Shown here: positions 31,454 through 41,541 of the stretch, in pieces | How positions within the stretch are numbered: position 1 is the first letter of the stretch | Layout of the letters: each line of letters opens with the position of its first letter | Source of the DNA: a virus | IMG/VR virus record: IMGVR_UViG_3300008954_003312 | Span: 12,235 to 76,234 of that record | Length of the DNA: 64,000 bases | Strand: one strand, 5' to 3' | Position numbers and translations under genes: made by a program | Notes under the pieces: model-generated | What the model saw: the letters and a program-made list of their open reading frames with translations, nothing else | Databases searched by the model: none | Told to the model about the DNA's origin: nothing

Positions 31454-34164
31454 TGAAAGTAAAAGATTCAGGAATAACAGGTGTCTTGCTTGACACAGAT
31501 TCAACATTGGTTTCTGATATCAGCTCAGTTAGTGTCGGAGAAGATGGAATAAGACTATTCAACTATACCTTCAGAGTAAGGGTTGATATGAGAGGAGGTG
31601 TTCTTTTTAATAGACTTCGATTCTCTTTATACTCACAATCTCCTAAAAAATCAGCAAGATCAGTAGCTAGAATTGGAACCCAAAGCCCATCTGATGTCAT
31701 TGATGCTATCAACACAGAGACCAAGAGAAGAAGAGTATCTATAACGTCAAACTTTAATAAATTTTTAATAGCTCATAGAGAAGTAGACTTAATTTCTAGC
31801 ATTAGTAATACTACTGTTGGACGTGTTCCTGTTTTGACTGATGATCAGGCATTTGGATTTCGAAGAAAGAGTGAGCTAGTTACACCTAAAAGTGTTTCAT
31901 TAAATTCATCTCTTTCAAACATTCCTGTTTTAGAAGAGATTGTACCAGAAAAGATAACATCCAAAAATAATCTAGGTGTTAAAGATAATTTTTTTAAAAT
32001 ACTAAGAAATGGAAGAGATCCCGCTGAGGCATTTTTAGAATCTAGTTTTAGATCTAGAGTTCATACAACTAAAGAAAGAATGCAAGGATATTCAAATAAA
32101 TCACAAAATATTTTATTTGATCAAACACTTGAGATTGCTGCTCGATCTCTTCGAAGATCTTTTGAGACAAATGAGAAAGTCATTAACAAGATTGAAAATG
32201 AATCAGGAAGTGAGGAGAGACAGATTTATCAAAAAGATAATAGCTTTTCTCAGTTCAAGTCAAGTGATTTGATTCCTGTAGAATCTAAAGAGATAGATAG
32301 AGAGAAATTAGTTGATGTTAATTTTGTAATTTCTGAATCTAAAATACCAGTTTCAAGAAAGCTCTTTCTCAAGGCAGAGATTGTTGATAGCAATAATCTA
32401 ATACAGCAGACTAAAACTTTTTTAATTGATCACGGTAGTAATATTTCTATTTTTGAAATGCCCCGCGAAGAACCTGAGATCAAAGTAAAGAATCTAGGAA
32501 ATGGAAAATACTCTATAGAATGCTATACATCAGATCAAAATATTAATTCTATAAAAGTGTATGCCAAAATCTTGAATGAAACTACTAATACTAATTTTTC
32601 ATTTTTTGAAATTGCAGATCTTAGCTTGAAGCCTAGTAGATATAAAGTCAAGGCTGATTCAAATCAAAAGGGCGGATTTGTACCAGCTGCCTGTGTTGAA
32701 AAAAAGAATAGAGCTACATCAAGGGAATATTCTCAAAAAATGGCTTCTTTTTCTTATAACACATCAACACTTTCACCAGTTTTGTTTCGAGCAGTAGGTG
32801 TAAATAAGTCTGGCACACCTATGTCTAATTTTAGTAGCTCAAGCTGCTCTCTATCCAAATACACAGCTAGACATGTTTGTATTTTTGGTAGAATTATGAG
32901 AGAAGGTATTAATATCTCTGTTTCAAATATACCCTCTGGCGTTGTTTTGATTGAATTTTTAAGAAAGAATTTATCGAGACACGAAAGAGAATTTTATCCT
33001 ATACCAATTATAAATGACATTCCTACAACGGAGTCTACAACACAAAAGGATTCTATTGGATCAGACATAGTTACATTTTTCGATGAAAATGTTATTGAAG
33101 ATCATTTGTATGAATATGGTGTTATGATGACGTATTTAAACGGAGATAGAGTTTTATCTACAGGAACATTTATTGATACATTTAAGCCTCCATCTGGTAT
33201 ATCTGAAGTTAGAGTCACAAATACGTCTATGGGATCCAGGGCAGGAAAAAAGAAAAAAGCTTCTATTTCTATGAATATTGATCTAGTAAATTCTGATAGT
33301 CTTTTTGATTTCATTATATCTGGAATGGATGAATATCAAAAATCATTATTCTCAAATGAAATCAATCAAATTAAAGATGTTTTAGGAAGATCATCTAGAA
33401 TAGAGGTTGTTAGGACAAATTTAACAACTGGTGAAATAAGTCTAGAAATGATAACACCAGGTGAGTTTGTAGATGATGGAACTAAGTTCGGAGGCTCGGG
33501 CCCCAATCAATTAAATTCATATTCTTATAGGTTTGAGCCTTTAATAATATCTCCTACAGAAATTATTAAAGATATTGAGATAAGTCAAGATATTGATCAA
33601 AATTCAAATATGAAAGATCCAAGAAATAGAACTGCTGCAGCTAGAAAGTCTGAGGCTAACAAAAGAGAGCATTCAACAGCTCAGAAAAATCAAGATACCA
33701 AATCTTCTGGAAAAAACTACACTGATAAATTTTACTCTGAAAAAGCTCTTCTTGAGGGAACACTTGACTACGGAATCAAGAGAAGTGGGTTTGATGCCGG
33801 GAGAACAGGAGACTTTACATATGTTAGTATTCCTGGTAAGTATTCAAATCCCACTATGGGTAACATCAATGTTAGACAGATCTCTCTAAACGGATTGAAT
33901 GATATTGCTTTGACATGGAGAGGAAGAAGTACAGAATTAATTGATCACTTTATCATAGCAGCTGAGGTCTTGGGTGCTAAGCTGGTGATCGGAGCTGCTC
34001 ATAATGTATCAAAATCAGGGACTTATACGTACATATCAAAAGATTTTAGAGACTTTATTGGAGGTGTGAAGTTTCACATAACACCAATTTTAAATAGTGG
34101 ACTACCTTTAAGCACAATTTCAACAGAAACAATAGTTATCAATGAGGTTCCAATTGACAATTAA
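31453..34164 (+). CDS. Large hypothetical structural protein, possible FN3/Ig-like strands
   Basis: FFDENV...YEYGV and FVDDG...YSYRF patterns. Confidence 0.45.
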   Translation: MKVKDSGITGVLLDTDSTLVSDISSVSVGEDGIRLFNYTFRVRVDMRGGVLFNRLRFSLYSQSPKKSARSVARIGTQSPSDVIDAINTETKRRRVSITSNFNKFLIAHREVDLISSISNTTVGRVPVLTDDQAFGFRRKSELVTPKSVSLNSSLSNIPVLEEIVPEKITSKNNLGVKDNFFKILRNGRDPAEAFLESSFRSRVHTTKERMQGYSNKSQNILFDQTLEIAARSLRRSFETNEKVINKIENESGSEERQIYQKDNSFSQFKSSDLIPVESKEIDREKLVDVNFVISESKIPVSRKLFLKAEIVDSNNLIQQTKTFLIDHGSNISIFEMPREEPEIKVKNLGNGKYSIECYTSDQNINSIKVYAKILNETTNTNFSFFEIADLSLKPSRYKVKADSNQKGGFVPAACVEKKNRATSREYSQKMASFSYNTSTLSPVLFRAVGVNKSGTPMSNFSSSSCSLSKYTARHVCIFGRIMREGINISVSNIPSGVVLIEFLRKNLSRHEREFYPIPIINDIPTTESTTQKDSIGSDIVTFFDENVIEDHLYEYGVMMTYLNGDRVLSTGTFIDTFKPPSGISEVRVTNTSMGSRAGKKKKASISMNIDLVNSDSLFDFIISGMDEYQKSLFSNEINQIKDVLGRSSRIEVVRTNLTTGEISLEMITPGEFVDDGTKFGGSGPNQLNSYSYRFEPLIISPTEIIKDIEISQDIDQNSNMKDPRNRTAAARKSEANKREHSTAQKNQDTKSSGKNYTDKFYSEKALLEGTLDYGIKRSGFDAGRTGDFTYVSIPGKYSNPTMGNINVRQISLNGLNDIALTWRGRSTELIDHFIIAAEVLGAKLVIGAAHNVSKSGTYTYISKDFRDFIGGVKFHITPILNSGLPLSTISTETIVINEVPIDN

Positions 34165-34876
34165 AACCATTGACTATGCCGGATCTAAGCTCTCTGTCCA
34201 GTCTGCAACAAGGACATCAGGAGCTCAGAGATCAGGTGGCTCGTCTGCTACAGTTCAAACTAGTGTATTAACAAATTTAGAAAAATATACATCTAATGCA
34301 GTACAGTCGTCTCTTTTAATCAATGAATCAACACTTGATTCAGGAAAGATTAGTACATCAGGAAAAGTTAATTCTCTTGCAAATTTTTCAAGAATGACCC
34401 CCTCAGGTGATTTGATGTCATCTGTTCTTGCTGCTGGTGGAATGAATTCTCTTTATGATCAGATGAGACTTGAGTACGCCTCTTCAGGAAGATCGATTTC
34501 TCAGATTGAAATAGGGGATGTTCAGACGGTATCTAGTGATACTTCTGACACAGCTGCTTCAGATGTGACAACGATCTATCAAGATGTTATATCTTCTAAT
34601 ATGCTAATGAATAGAGGCTTTGATCCTACAAGATCATCTATTATAGGATCATTTGAATTTATTCCCATAGCAGATGAGATCGAGACAAATGATCAAACAC
34701 TGCTTTACGATTTTACACCTACAACATGTCTTCTATTAGTTGATATGCAATCCATAACACAGCAAACTAGATTATTTACTGTAAGCACGATTATCTATAG
34801 CCTCGGAGGTCTTGCAGATGATGATTCAGCACAGTCCTCCAGTAGTGCAGATTACTCAGGTTATAGCACAGATTAG
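34154..34876 (+). CDS. Hypothetical Ser/Thr-rich protein
   Basis: Probable TTG start at 34154 after GAGG (ORF track starts at 34142). Confidence 0.5.
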   Translation: MTIKTIDYAGSKLSVQSATRTSGAQRSGGSSATVQTSVLTNLEKYTSNAVQSSLLINESTLDSGKISTSGKVNSLANFSRMTPSGDLMSSVLAAGGMNSLYDQMRLEYASSGRSISQIEIGDVQTVSSDTSDTAASDVTTIYQDVISSNMLMNRGFDPTRSSIIGSFEFIPIADEIETNDQTLLYDFTPTTCLLLVDMQSITQQTRLFTVSTIIYSLGGLADDDSAQSSSSADYSGYSTD

Positions 34877-34890
34877 GAGACTATATTATA

Positions 34891-35103
34891 ATGCCATCCA
34901 AAGATAGCCCAGGAAGAAGAAGAAGGCAGACTGATTTTAAAGAAAACGTTCGAAATGCATCCAAGAGACTGAACTTTAAGAGACAAAATGGTCAAAAATC
35001 TAAATCATCTTCTCAAAATATTAAAAAGTCTTTGAGAAGATTATCAAAAAGCGCAATCTCAATTAATAGCTCAGTTAAAAATCAGCTGAATAGGAGAAAA
35101 TAG
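34891..35103 (+). CDS. Small highly basic protein
   Basis: SD AGGAG; 22 of 70 residues are K/R by hand count; fills the gap exactly. Confidence 0.5.
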   Translation: MPSKDSPGRRRRQTDFKENVRNASKRLNFKRQNGQKSKSSSQNIKKSLRRLSKSAISINSSVKNQLNRRK

Positions 35104-35105
35104 AC

Positions 35106-38100
35106 ATGGCTGTAAAAACATCATTTGATGATGCTTTAATTGATGATTCTTTAGCAGGTGAGTCATTTGATAATGAAATACAGTCTCTAATAGCAGAAAA
35201 TTCTGTGCTACGGGCAGATACAGATCAAGTTTTAGATAATTTAACAAACATTCTTAGTTCAATTAACGCTATTCTTAACTCTCTAAATATAAAGTTTGGT
35301 TCTTACATAACAAGCTCTTCATTAGTTGATGAGATGTATTCTAATCTAGGGGTTGATGAAGAATTATACACTAATGCCAGTGACTCTTTGACATTGCAAG
35401 AGTATTTTACTCAAGTAATGGGTTTCTCTGAGGAAAAAATTGGATATATGTCTTGTACAGCAATGTTTATCCAGCTTTTAAATGATCTAAGAAACTCAAT
35501 ATCGACTTGCTCACCTGGGCTTGTTACAGCTGATGGTAGCTCGAGTGACTATACGCAGCATGGAGAAAGAGATGCAGCTTTTACTGATCGGACTGGTACC
35601 AGTGTCGCCGGTGTTGAGCATACATATTCAGAGAGAGTCATAGGAAATCTTAAGTCACATCTAGTACAGAGCCCTTCTGGTCTCTATGATGGGCTATCAC
35701 GTGTCAGTGCAGTCATAGAGGGCATCTTTGAATCAGGCCAGTGGCAGACTGGCGGATCACCCTCTATCGGCAGCGAATCTGGAGAGTCTTCTGTTTCTGA
35801 TATCCAAGAGGGTCTTTCTGATATTGGAGATGATCCAACGGGAATCGCAGCTTATCTTTTATATGTTACTAGAGACTTTATTAAGCATGTATCGCTTCAG
35901 TCGACTGGAATCAGGTCTGCTTTAAAGAGCTATATAAGTGTAACTGATAACACAACGATTGAAGAGATACATACTGCAGTATTTGGAGATACTGGAGGAG
36001 AATCTGGTAAGCGTATTTTAGGTTACGGTCTTGAGACAACAGAGGGTGCTTCTGGTCAGCCTGAAACAGCAATATATAGTGATATTATTATGCAAAGCTG
36101 GTCTTCTGAGATGAAGTCTTCAGAGTCTACTAATCCGGTTAATTATCTTCCGTTTGATAGATATTCTCTGATCACTGCAGATTCAGCTTATCTTCCAGCT
36201 ATTCAAATCTTTATTAATCATATGCTTACAGAGTCTGGGACATCGGGATCTACGCTTTTAAATCCAAGAAGATTTGTTGCTTTTTCTAATAGAATTTCAA
36301 AAAAAATCTCTAATATAACAACATATGTTAAGAATATTATCTTAGCCAGAGGTGCATCAGAGTATAACTCTGCTAAGCTTTTTGAGATTTGTGTTAAAAA
36401 ATTTCAAGGTGTGCTTGAGTCTAGATATACTGGATCTGGTGAAGAAATCAATAAAACAGATCTAACTAGAATGTTTATACTCTTACTTGCAGAAAAAGAT
36501 GAAGATGTTGATAACGCTCTTTTAGATTTCTTGCTAATCCGAAGCACATTTAAGCGAAAGTGGAGTTCGGGAACAGGATACCCTACAGCTGAAGGCAAAG
36601 AGAATGACACTAGCCTGCTCGGTTCCGATGAGCGATTCCGAGCCGGGGTTGCTTCTATTACAGATGACAGCATCACCTGGAGTGATTTGGAAACAGCTTA
36701 TTATACAGCTGCTGCAACACTTGCAAATGCTGTTAGGGAATCTGCTGCATTCGGCGCACTTCATAGTTCCGGCGGGACAGTTCCGGCTGGAACAGAGATA
36801 TTTGATGACTTAGCTATTGTAAAAAGAACCTTCAGCTCAGCAGATCCCTTTAGAGAGGGTGGCATAGATATTGGTGAAGATGATTCTTCCGCCTTGCAGA
36901 ATGATCTTGAGTATGATTCTATTATTCGTGCAATAGCCTACGATCATGGTGAAGGTAATGATCTTTTTGATATTCTTTGGGTTTGTGTTAATGCCTTTCA
37001 AAGTGCAATTATGAATAGGTACCAGACATTAAGTGGATTTGATTCACCCATAGAGAATGGCGATATTTTGACATATCAGTCAGATGAAATAAACAGATAT
37101 GGTCGTGAGACTGCAGTATACATTTTCTTTAAGAAGTTTCTTTCAGAAACTATTCGAATAACTTTTAATAGGGGTGTTGATAACGAGTATAATGAAGAGC
37201 CATCGGGTGCCGATGCCCATGGCGATAATGAACCGGCTTACTACACATTTAGAGAGGGTGTATTTATCTTTCTAAGCAATGTAATTTTAGAAAGCTATGA
37301 ATCTATAGATAGTGTTAGTCAAAATCTTGACTACTGGGAATCGGAATGGCTCGGCGGTGGTGAAGGACAAATAGAAGGAGATAGATCAGAGTTATTAAGC
37401 GCTGCTACTGATAGAGCATCTTACTTAGGATCAATCTATAGCTCATTAGTCAATGAAGATGCAAAGTGCATTAATCTTTTGCATTACTTAAACTCCATTT
37501 CAGATGAAATGGCGTCTGCCTCTAATCAGGTTCAGACAATGGTGGGGCTGCTCCCAACACCTGGGTTTAATGTTTCAGACGACGTCCTTGCCTTTTTAAA
37601 GCAACATCCCCAGGGTCAAAATATGCTTCTCACACTAACTAGAGATTCTCTAATGACTTCAAAGTATCTTCACAAGGGGTTTCAAGATCACAGGCAGTAC
37701 GATTATCAGGTTGCTATAAAGAACTTTGACGCTGAACAGATTTCAAACATGGTCCAGGCACTTTCCAATGATCTATCATCATACTTACCGAATGTAGGTA
37801 TCCAATATGATTTTGTACCATCTGCATCTCAAGATAGAAAGAAGATCCTAGTTGTTGGTATCCCAGCCGGTGTTGCTGAATACCTTAGATATAAGGGTGC
37901 GTGGCTGGGAAATGATAGCAGATATCTTGACAGCACATATTTAAAGATTACAGTCTATAGGCGAAATCTTCAGGATGATTCGGAGACTTCTATTCCTAAG
38001 GAGTTTTACTTTGATATGTCATCATATCTTCTTGAAGGCCTAGCAGGTGTTGATGATTCTGCGTCACTTAGATCAGATGATCAATCTGTTACACACATAT

Positions 38101-38711
38101 TCGCTAATATGCTAAGTGCTATGACAATATTTGACCCACTTATATTTGACGATATAGGTTCCCCATCTACTTTTGAAACAGATCTCATTAAATGGGATGG
38201 AGAAAGCGTAAGTCTATCGCCTTCCGGAGAGATAGTTTTACAAAATCACTTTTTTGATTATTACCTCAAGATGTATCTTAGGATTGTTCTTGGAATTGAT
38301 GTCTTTGAGGATTCTTTTCCTTTTAATGAGTCCGAGACAATATCTTCAACCTGCGATGCAGACAAGCAAGAGATTTTTAACTCCTTTGAGGAGGGCTTAG
38401 TGACTCTATATGCTAGCTCGGATGAGCTCGCTGAAGATTCTCAGGAGCTAGAGTTCAATAAGACAAGATCAGTCATTGCACAGTCTACAATCTTCAGCTC
38501 TATTAAGTACAGAAACAGGGTGTTGTTTTCAAGAATATTTGATAGAGTTTTCTGTATATACGTTGATATTGATGATTTTGAGCTAGAGAGCGGAGAAGCT
38601 GATACATCTGAAAGTGTTCCATCTTTTTATCAGCTATATACAACCTATGAGATTGTTCCAGCAATTGGAGATGCCCCTGATCGATCAGGCAGTGAAGAGC
38701 AGGGCATGTGA
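35106..38711 (+). CDS. Large acidic hypothetical protein
   Basis: 1201-aa ORF with SD AGGAG; no recognisable motif. Confidence 0.55.
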   Translation: MAVKTSFDDALIDDSLAGESFDNEIQSLIAENSVLRADTDQVLDNLTNILSSINAILNSLNIKFGSYITSSSLVDEMYSNLGVDEELYTNASDSLTLQEYFTQVMGFSEEKIGYMSCTAMFIQLLNDLRNSISTCSPGLVTADGSSSDYTQHGERDAAFTDRTGTSVAGVEHTYSERVIGNLKSHLVQSPSGLYDGLSRVSAVIEGIFESGQWQTGGSPSIGSESGESSVSDIQEGLSDIGDDPTGIAAYLLYVTRDFIKHVSLQSTGIRSALKSYISVTDNTTIEEIHTAVFGDTGGESGKRILGYGLETTEGASGQPETAIYSDIIMQSWSSEMKSSESTNPVNYLPFDRYSLITADSAYLPAIQIFINHMLTESGTSGSTLLNPRRFVAFSNRISKKISNITTYVKNIILARGASEYNSAKLFEICVKKFQGVLESRYTGSGEEINKTDLTRMFILLLAEKDEDVDNALLDFLLIRSTFKRKWSSGTGYPTAEGKENDTSLLGSDERFRAGVASITDDSITWSDLETAYYTAAATLANAVRESAAFGALHSSGGTVPAGTEIFDDLAIVKRTFSSADPFREGGIDIGEDDSSALQNDLEYDSIIRAIAYDHGEGNDLFDILWVCVNAFQSAIMNRYQTLSGFDSPIENGDILTYQSDEINRYGRETAVYIFFKKFLSETIRITFNRGVDNEYNEEPSGADAHGDNEPAYYTFREGVFIFLSNVILESYESIDSVSQNLDYWESEWLGGGEGQIEGDRSELLSAATDRASYLGSIYSSLVNEDAKCINLLHYLNSISDEMASASNQVQTMVGLLPTPGFNVSDDVLAFLKQHPQGQNMLLTLTRDSLMTSKYLHKGFQDHRQYDYQVAIKNFDAEQISNMVQALSNDLSSYLPNVGIQYDFVPSASQDRKKILVVGIPAGVAEYLRYKGAWLGNDSRYLDSTYLKITVYRRNLQDDSETSIPKEFYFDMSSYLLEGLAGVDDSASLRSDDQSVTHIFANMLSAMTIFDPLIFDDIGSPSTFETDLIKWDGESVSLSPSGEIVLQNHFFDYYLKMYLRIVLGIDVFEDSFPFNESETISSTCDADKQEIFNSFEEGLVTLYASSDELAEDSQELEFNKTRSVIAQSTIFSSIKYRNRVLFSRIFDRVFCIYVDIDDFELESGEADTSESVPSFYQLYTTYEIVPAIGDAPDRSGSEEQGM

Positions 38712-38783
38712 TGAAAATTATCAATTGGATATTACGAGAGGGTTTTATGATTTATTTTTATTTATTAACTAGAGGGGCTAGCG

Positions 38784-40715
38784 ATGTCAAGTGAAATAGA
38801 CGGTCAGCTTCCCACCTATCCAAGCAGACCTGTCGCATTTATTGATATTCCTGAGCCCACTGATTTTTCTGCAGATTTTCAATATAATTTTTTTACATCA
38901 GATGAGAGAGTCAGCGGTGATGCGACTACAGTATTGATCGATATGGGAATTACAAGAACAGATCAGCTCCTTACTACTAATCAGGCTTCGAGGCTTCCAA
39001 GATATATTGAGCTTCAATGGTCAATGGTTGACTTTAATAACTTTGAGGACGGCTCTTATAGGGAAAATCTATATAACACATATAATCTTGACGATTACGG
39101 AATAAGTGAAAGTGATATCATGGACGAGGAGGCTATTTCAAATGCTTTCTTTAGTGCTGCTGCAATGCAAGATACCGGTGCAGATGTGTCATTTTATAGA
39201 CTTTCTGCTGGCTCAGCAGCTGTTCTTGGAATAGACTTCGATACAACATCAGGAAATACAGTTGGTGCCAGCCTTGCAAGAATGATTGGATCGACATCTA
39301 TTGTTGATTCTAGCGGAAAGAAGCTCTTGATGGAGACGTTGTCCAATCTACAGTCGCAAGGGGTCACCTTTGCTAGTTCAGATGTTAACACATCTATTGA
39401 TTCATTTTTATGGACACCTGCTAGAAATTTAAAATTTAATTTTAATATCAATAATTTAATTATCTCTTCTTTGTTAAAATCATCTTCTGAAAACAGCTTG
39501 AGCTTATTTGAAGATGAGCTTAGATCAGGGCTCTTAGCAGCAAAAAAGATTCAAAATAGTGCAATAACAAATTCAAATCCGGGAGCAGTAGATATATCTG
39601 GAGATTATGATTTTGAAATAACACCTATTCACATGACTGAACAGCCTACGACTGATGGAAATCTAGAATATTTTAATGAAGGTGCAGTTCTTGCTGGATA
39701 TGTGATTGAAAAACAGGAGCTATTGCCTGATGGGTCGCTTATTCAAAGAGATTCTATTTTAGTCTCCTCTAAAGGTATCAAGAGTGTTAAAGATCCTCAC
39801 GTTAGATATGGGGCTGCATATATCTATACTGTTAAAGCTGTTGCTATAGCTAGATTTGAGGCAATGAGAGGTGATCCAGAGTCTTCTAACGCTGATCAGA
39901 TTGTTATAGCTGATGTCCTAATTAAGTCAAAAGGTACATCTCTGACTGTTAACTGCTTTGAGAGTGTCCCGCCACCACCTCCTAACAATCTAAGATTTCA
40001 TTACAACTTTGAAACCGAAGATTTGGTTATTTTTTGGGACTTTCCTGTAAATACCCAGCGAGATATTAAGAGATTTCAAATATTTAGAAGAAAGAGTGTT
40101 CATGATCCTTTTACTATTCTTAAAGAGTACGACTTTGATGACTCCGAGTCAAAGTCAAATACACTAGAGAAAACACCTAGAACTCTAATTGAGACCATGA
40201 CATATCCTTCAACATATTTCATAGATGAAGAATTTAAAAAATCAAGTAGCTATATCTATGCTGTTTGCTCGGTTGATGCACGGGGTCTTACATCAAACTA
40301 TTCAAGTCAGTTCTTAGTTAGCTTTGATTCTTTTAAGCAGTCAGTTAAAGTTACTACAGTCTCTGCAAAAGAGGCACCTAAGTCTTATCCAAATCTATAC
40401 CTAACACAGGATCTTTTTGTTGATACCATGAAAGATAGCGGCCACAGCCGAATTAATCTTTATTTTGACCCTGAGTATATTGATGTTCTTTCAGGTGAGA
40501 CAGGAACAGAAGAGTCTTTATCTCTATTTTCAAAAGATGGAACAACAGAAAATCCAGACTATAGATTGCAGATTATAAATACAGACCTTCAACAAGGCGA
40601 GGTTGTCAATATTTATATTGGAGGAAGTATACCTAGTGAGTATTTTAGTTATACCAGGGCATCTAGTATTGAGCTTGCATCTATGGGCGGTCTTGACTTT
40701 GGATCAGATTCTTAG
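38784..40715 (+). CDS. Structural protein with fibronectin type III-like domains
   Basis: PPPPPNNL...IFWD...FQIFRR...FIDE...YIYAVCSVDARG..S.YS pattern. Confidence 0.6.
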   Translation: MSSEIDGQLPTYPSRPVAFIDIPEPTDFSADFQYNFFTSDERVSGDATTVLIDMGITRTDQLLTTNQASRLPRYIELQWSMVDFNNFEDGSYRENLYNTYNLDDYGISESDIMDEEAISNAFFSAAAMQDTGADVSFYRLSAGSAAVLGIDFDTTSGNTVGASLARMIGSTSIVDSSGKKLLMETLSNLQSQGVTFASSDVNTSIDSFLWTPARNLKFNFNINNLIISSLLKSSSENSLSLFEDELRSGLLAAKKIQNSAITNSNPGAVDISGDYDFEITPIHMTEQPTTDGNLEYFNEGAVLAGYVIEKQELLPDGSLIQRDSILVSSKGIKSVKDPHVRYGAAYIYTVKAVAIARFEAMRGDPESSNADQIVIADVLIKSKGTSLTVNCFESVPPPPPNNLRFHYNFETEDLVIFWDFPVNTQRDIKRFQIFRRKSVHDPFTILKEYDFDDSESKSNTLEKTPRTLIETMTYPSTYFIDEEFKKSSSYIYAVCSVDARGLTSNYSSQFLVSFDSFKQSVKVTTVSAKEAPKSYPNLYLTQDLFVDTMKDSGHSRINLYFDPEYIDVLSGETGTEESLSLFSKDGTTENPDYRLQIINTDLQQGEVVNIYIGGSIPSEYFSYTRASSIELASMGGLDFGSDS

Positions 40716-40820
40716 AAGGAATTTAATATTTTTAGTCTAAAAGATAAGTTAATGGCTATAATATTTAATCTAGGTTAACTTTAAATTTTATAAATCTATA
40801 ATTAGATGTAGGAGGAAAAA

Positions 40821-41522
40821 ATGGGATTCTTAGACAATTCTACAAATAACATTATTATTGATGCTGTTTTAACAAATCTCGGTAGAGAGTTCTTAGCTAG
40901 AAACGATGGATCTTTTTCTATTTCAAAGTTTGCGCTAGGAGATGATGAAGTAGATTACTCAATAATTCAAAAATTTGGTAGAACAGTTGGTGTTGAAAAA
41001 ATTGAGAAGAATACACCAATATTTGAGGCACTAACCTCAGGAAATCAAGCAATCAAGAGCAAGCTAGTCAGTGCAAGCGATCCCACACTCACGAGGCTTC
41101 CAAGCATTGTTATTACTGGGCCAGATGCAAATAACACTGTTGAGCTTACAAGGACAACGACAGCCTCTTCGACAACCAATGAAAAGACGCTAATTGTTGA
41201 ACAGTCACAATCAGGAGGGGGTACAGTTCCCACAGACTTGCAGGATCCTGCAATACTTCTTGAATGTAATAACTTATTTGTAAGTGTCAAGGGAAAAGTT
41301 CCAGAATCTATAAATTCTGATAATATAGCTACATACCTTATAGTCAAGAATCCTACTACACTTTCTGGAAATAGATCACAGTTTACACTAACGATATCTG
41401 CTAAGAATGTTTCATCTTCTTTGTTTAATGCATACGGAGATGATTCAACCGTTATTTTACCGGTTACAGTAACCGGAATTTCATCTGGTGCTAGCAGCAC
41501 GTTTACTGTACAGATTACATGA
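40821..41522 (+). CDS. Putative baseplate/tail-fibre attachment protein
   Basis: DAVLTNLGREFLA...ISKFALGD; strong SD AGGAGG. Confidence 0.55.
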   Translation: MGFLDNSTNNIIIDAVLTNLGREFLARNDGSFSISKFALGDDEVDYSIIQKFGRTVGVEKIEKNTPIFEALTSGNQAIKSKLVSASDPTLTRLPSIVITGPDANNTVELTRTTTASSTTNEKTLIVEQSQSGGGTVPTDLQDPAILLECNNLFVSVKGKVPESINSDNIATYLIVKNPTTLSGNRSQFTLTISAKNVSSSLFNAYGDDSTVILPVTVTGISSGASSTFTVQIT

Positions 41523-41541
41523 TAATTGGAGTTAATAAAAA

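Noticed and set aside
34874-35106. TAG readthrough or stop-codon recoding joining ORFs 34154, 34891 and 35106
   Set aside because: The three ORFs are in different frames, an in-frame TAA follows the first TAG, and TAG terminates many intact genes elsewhere, including the capsid gene.
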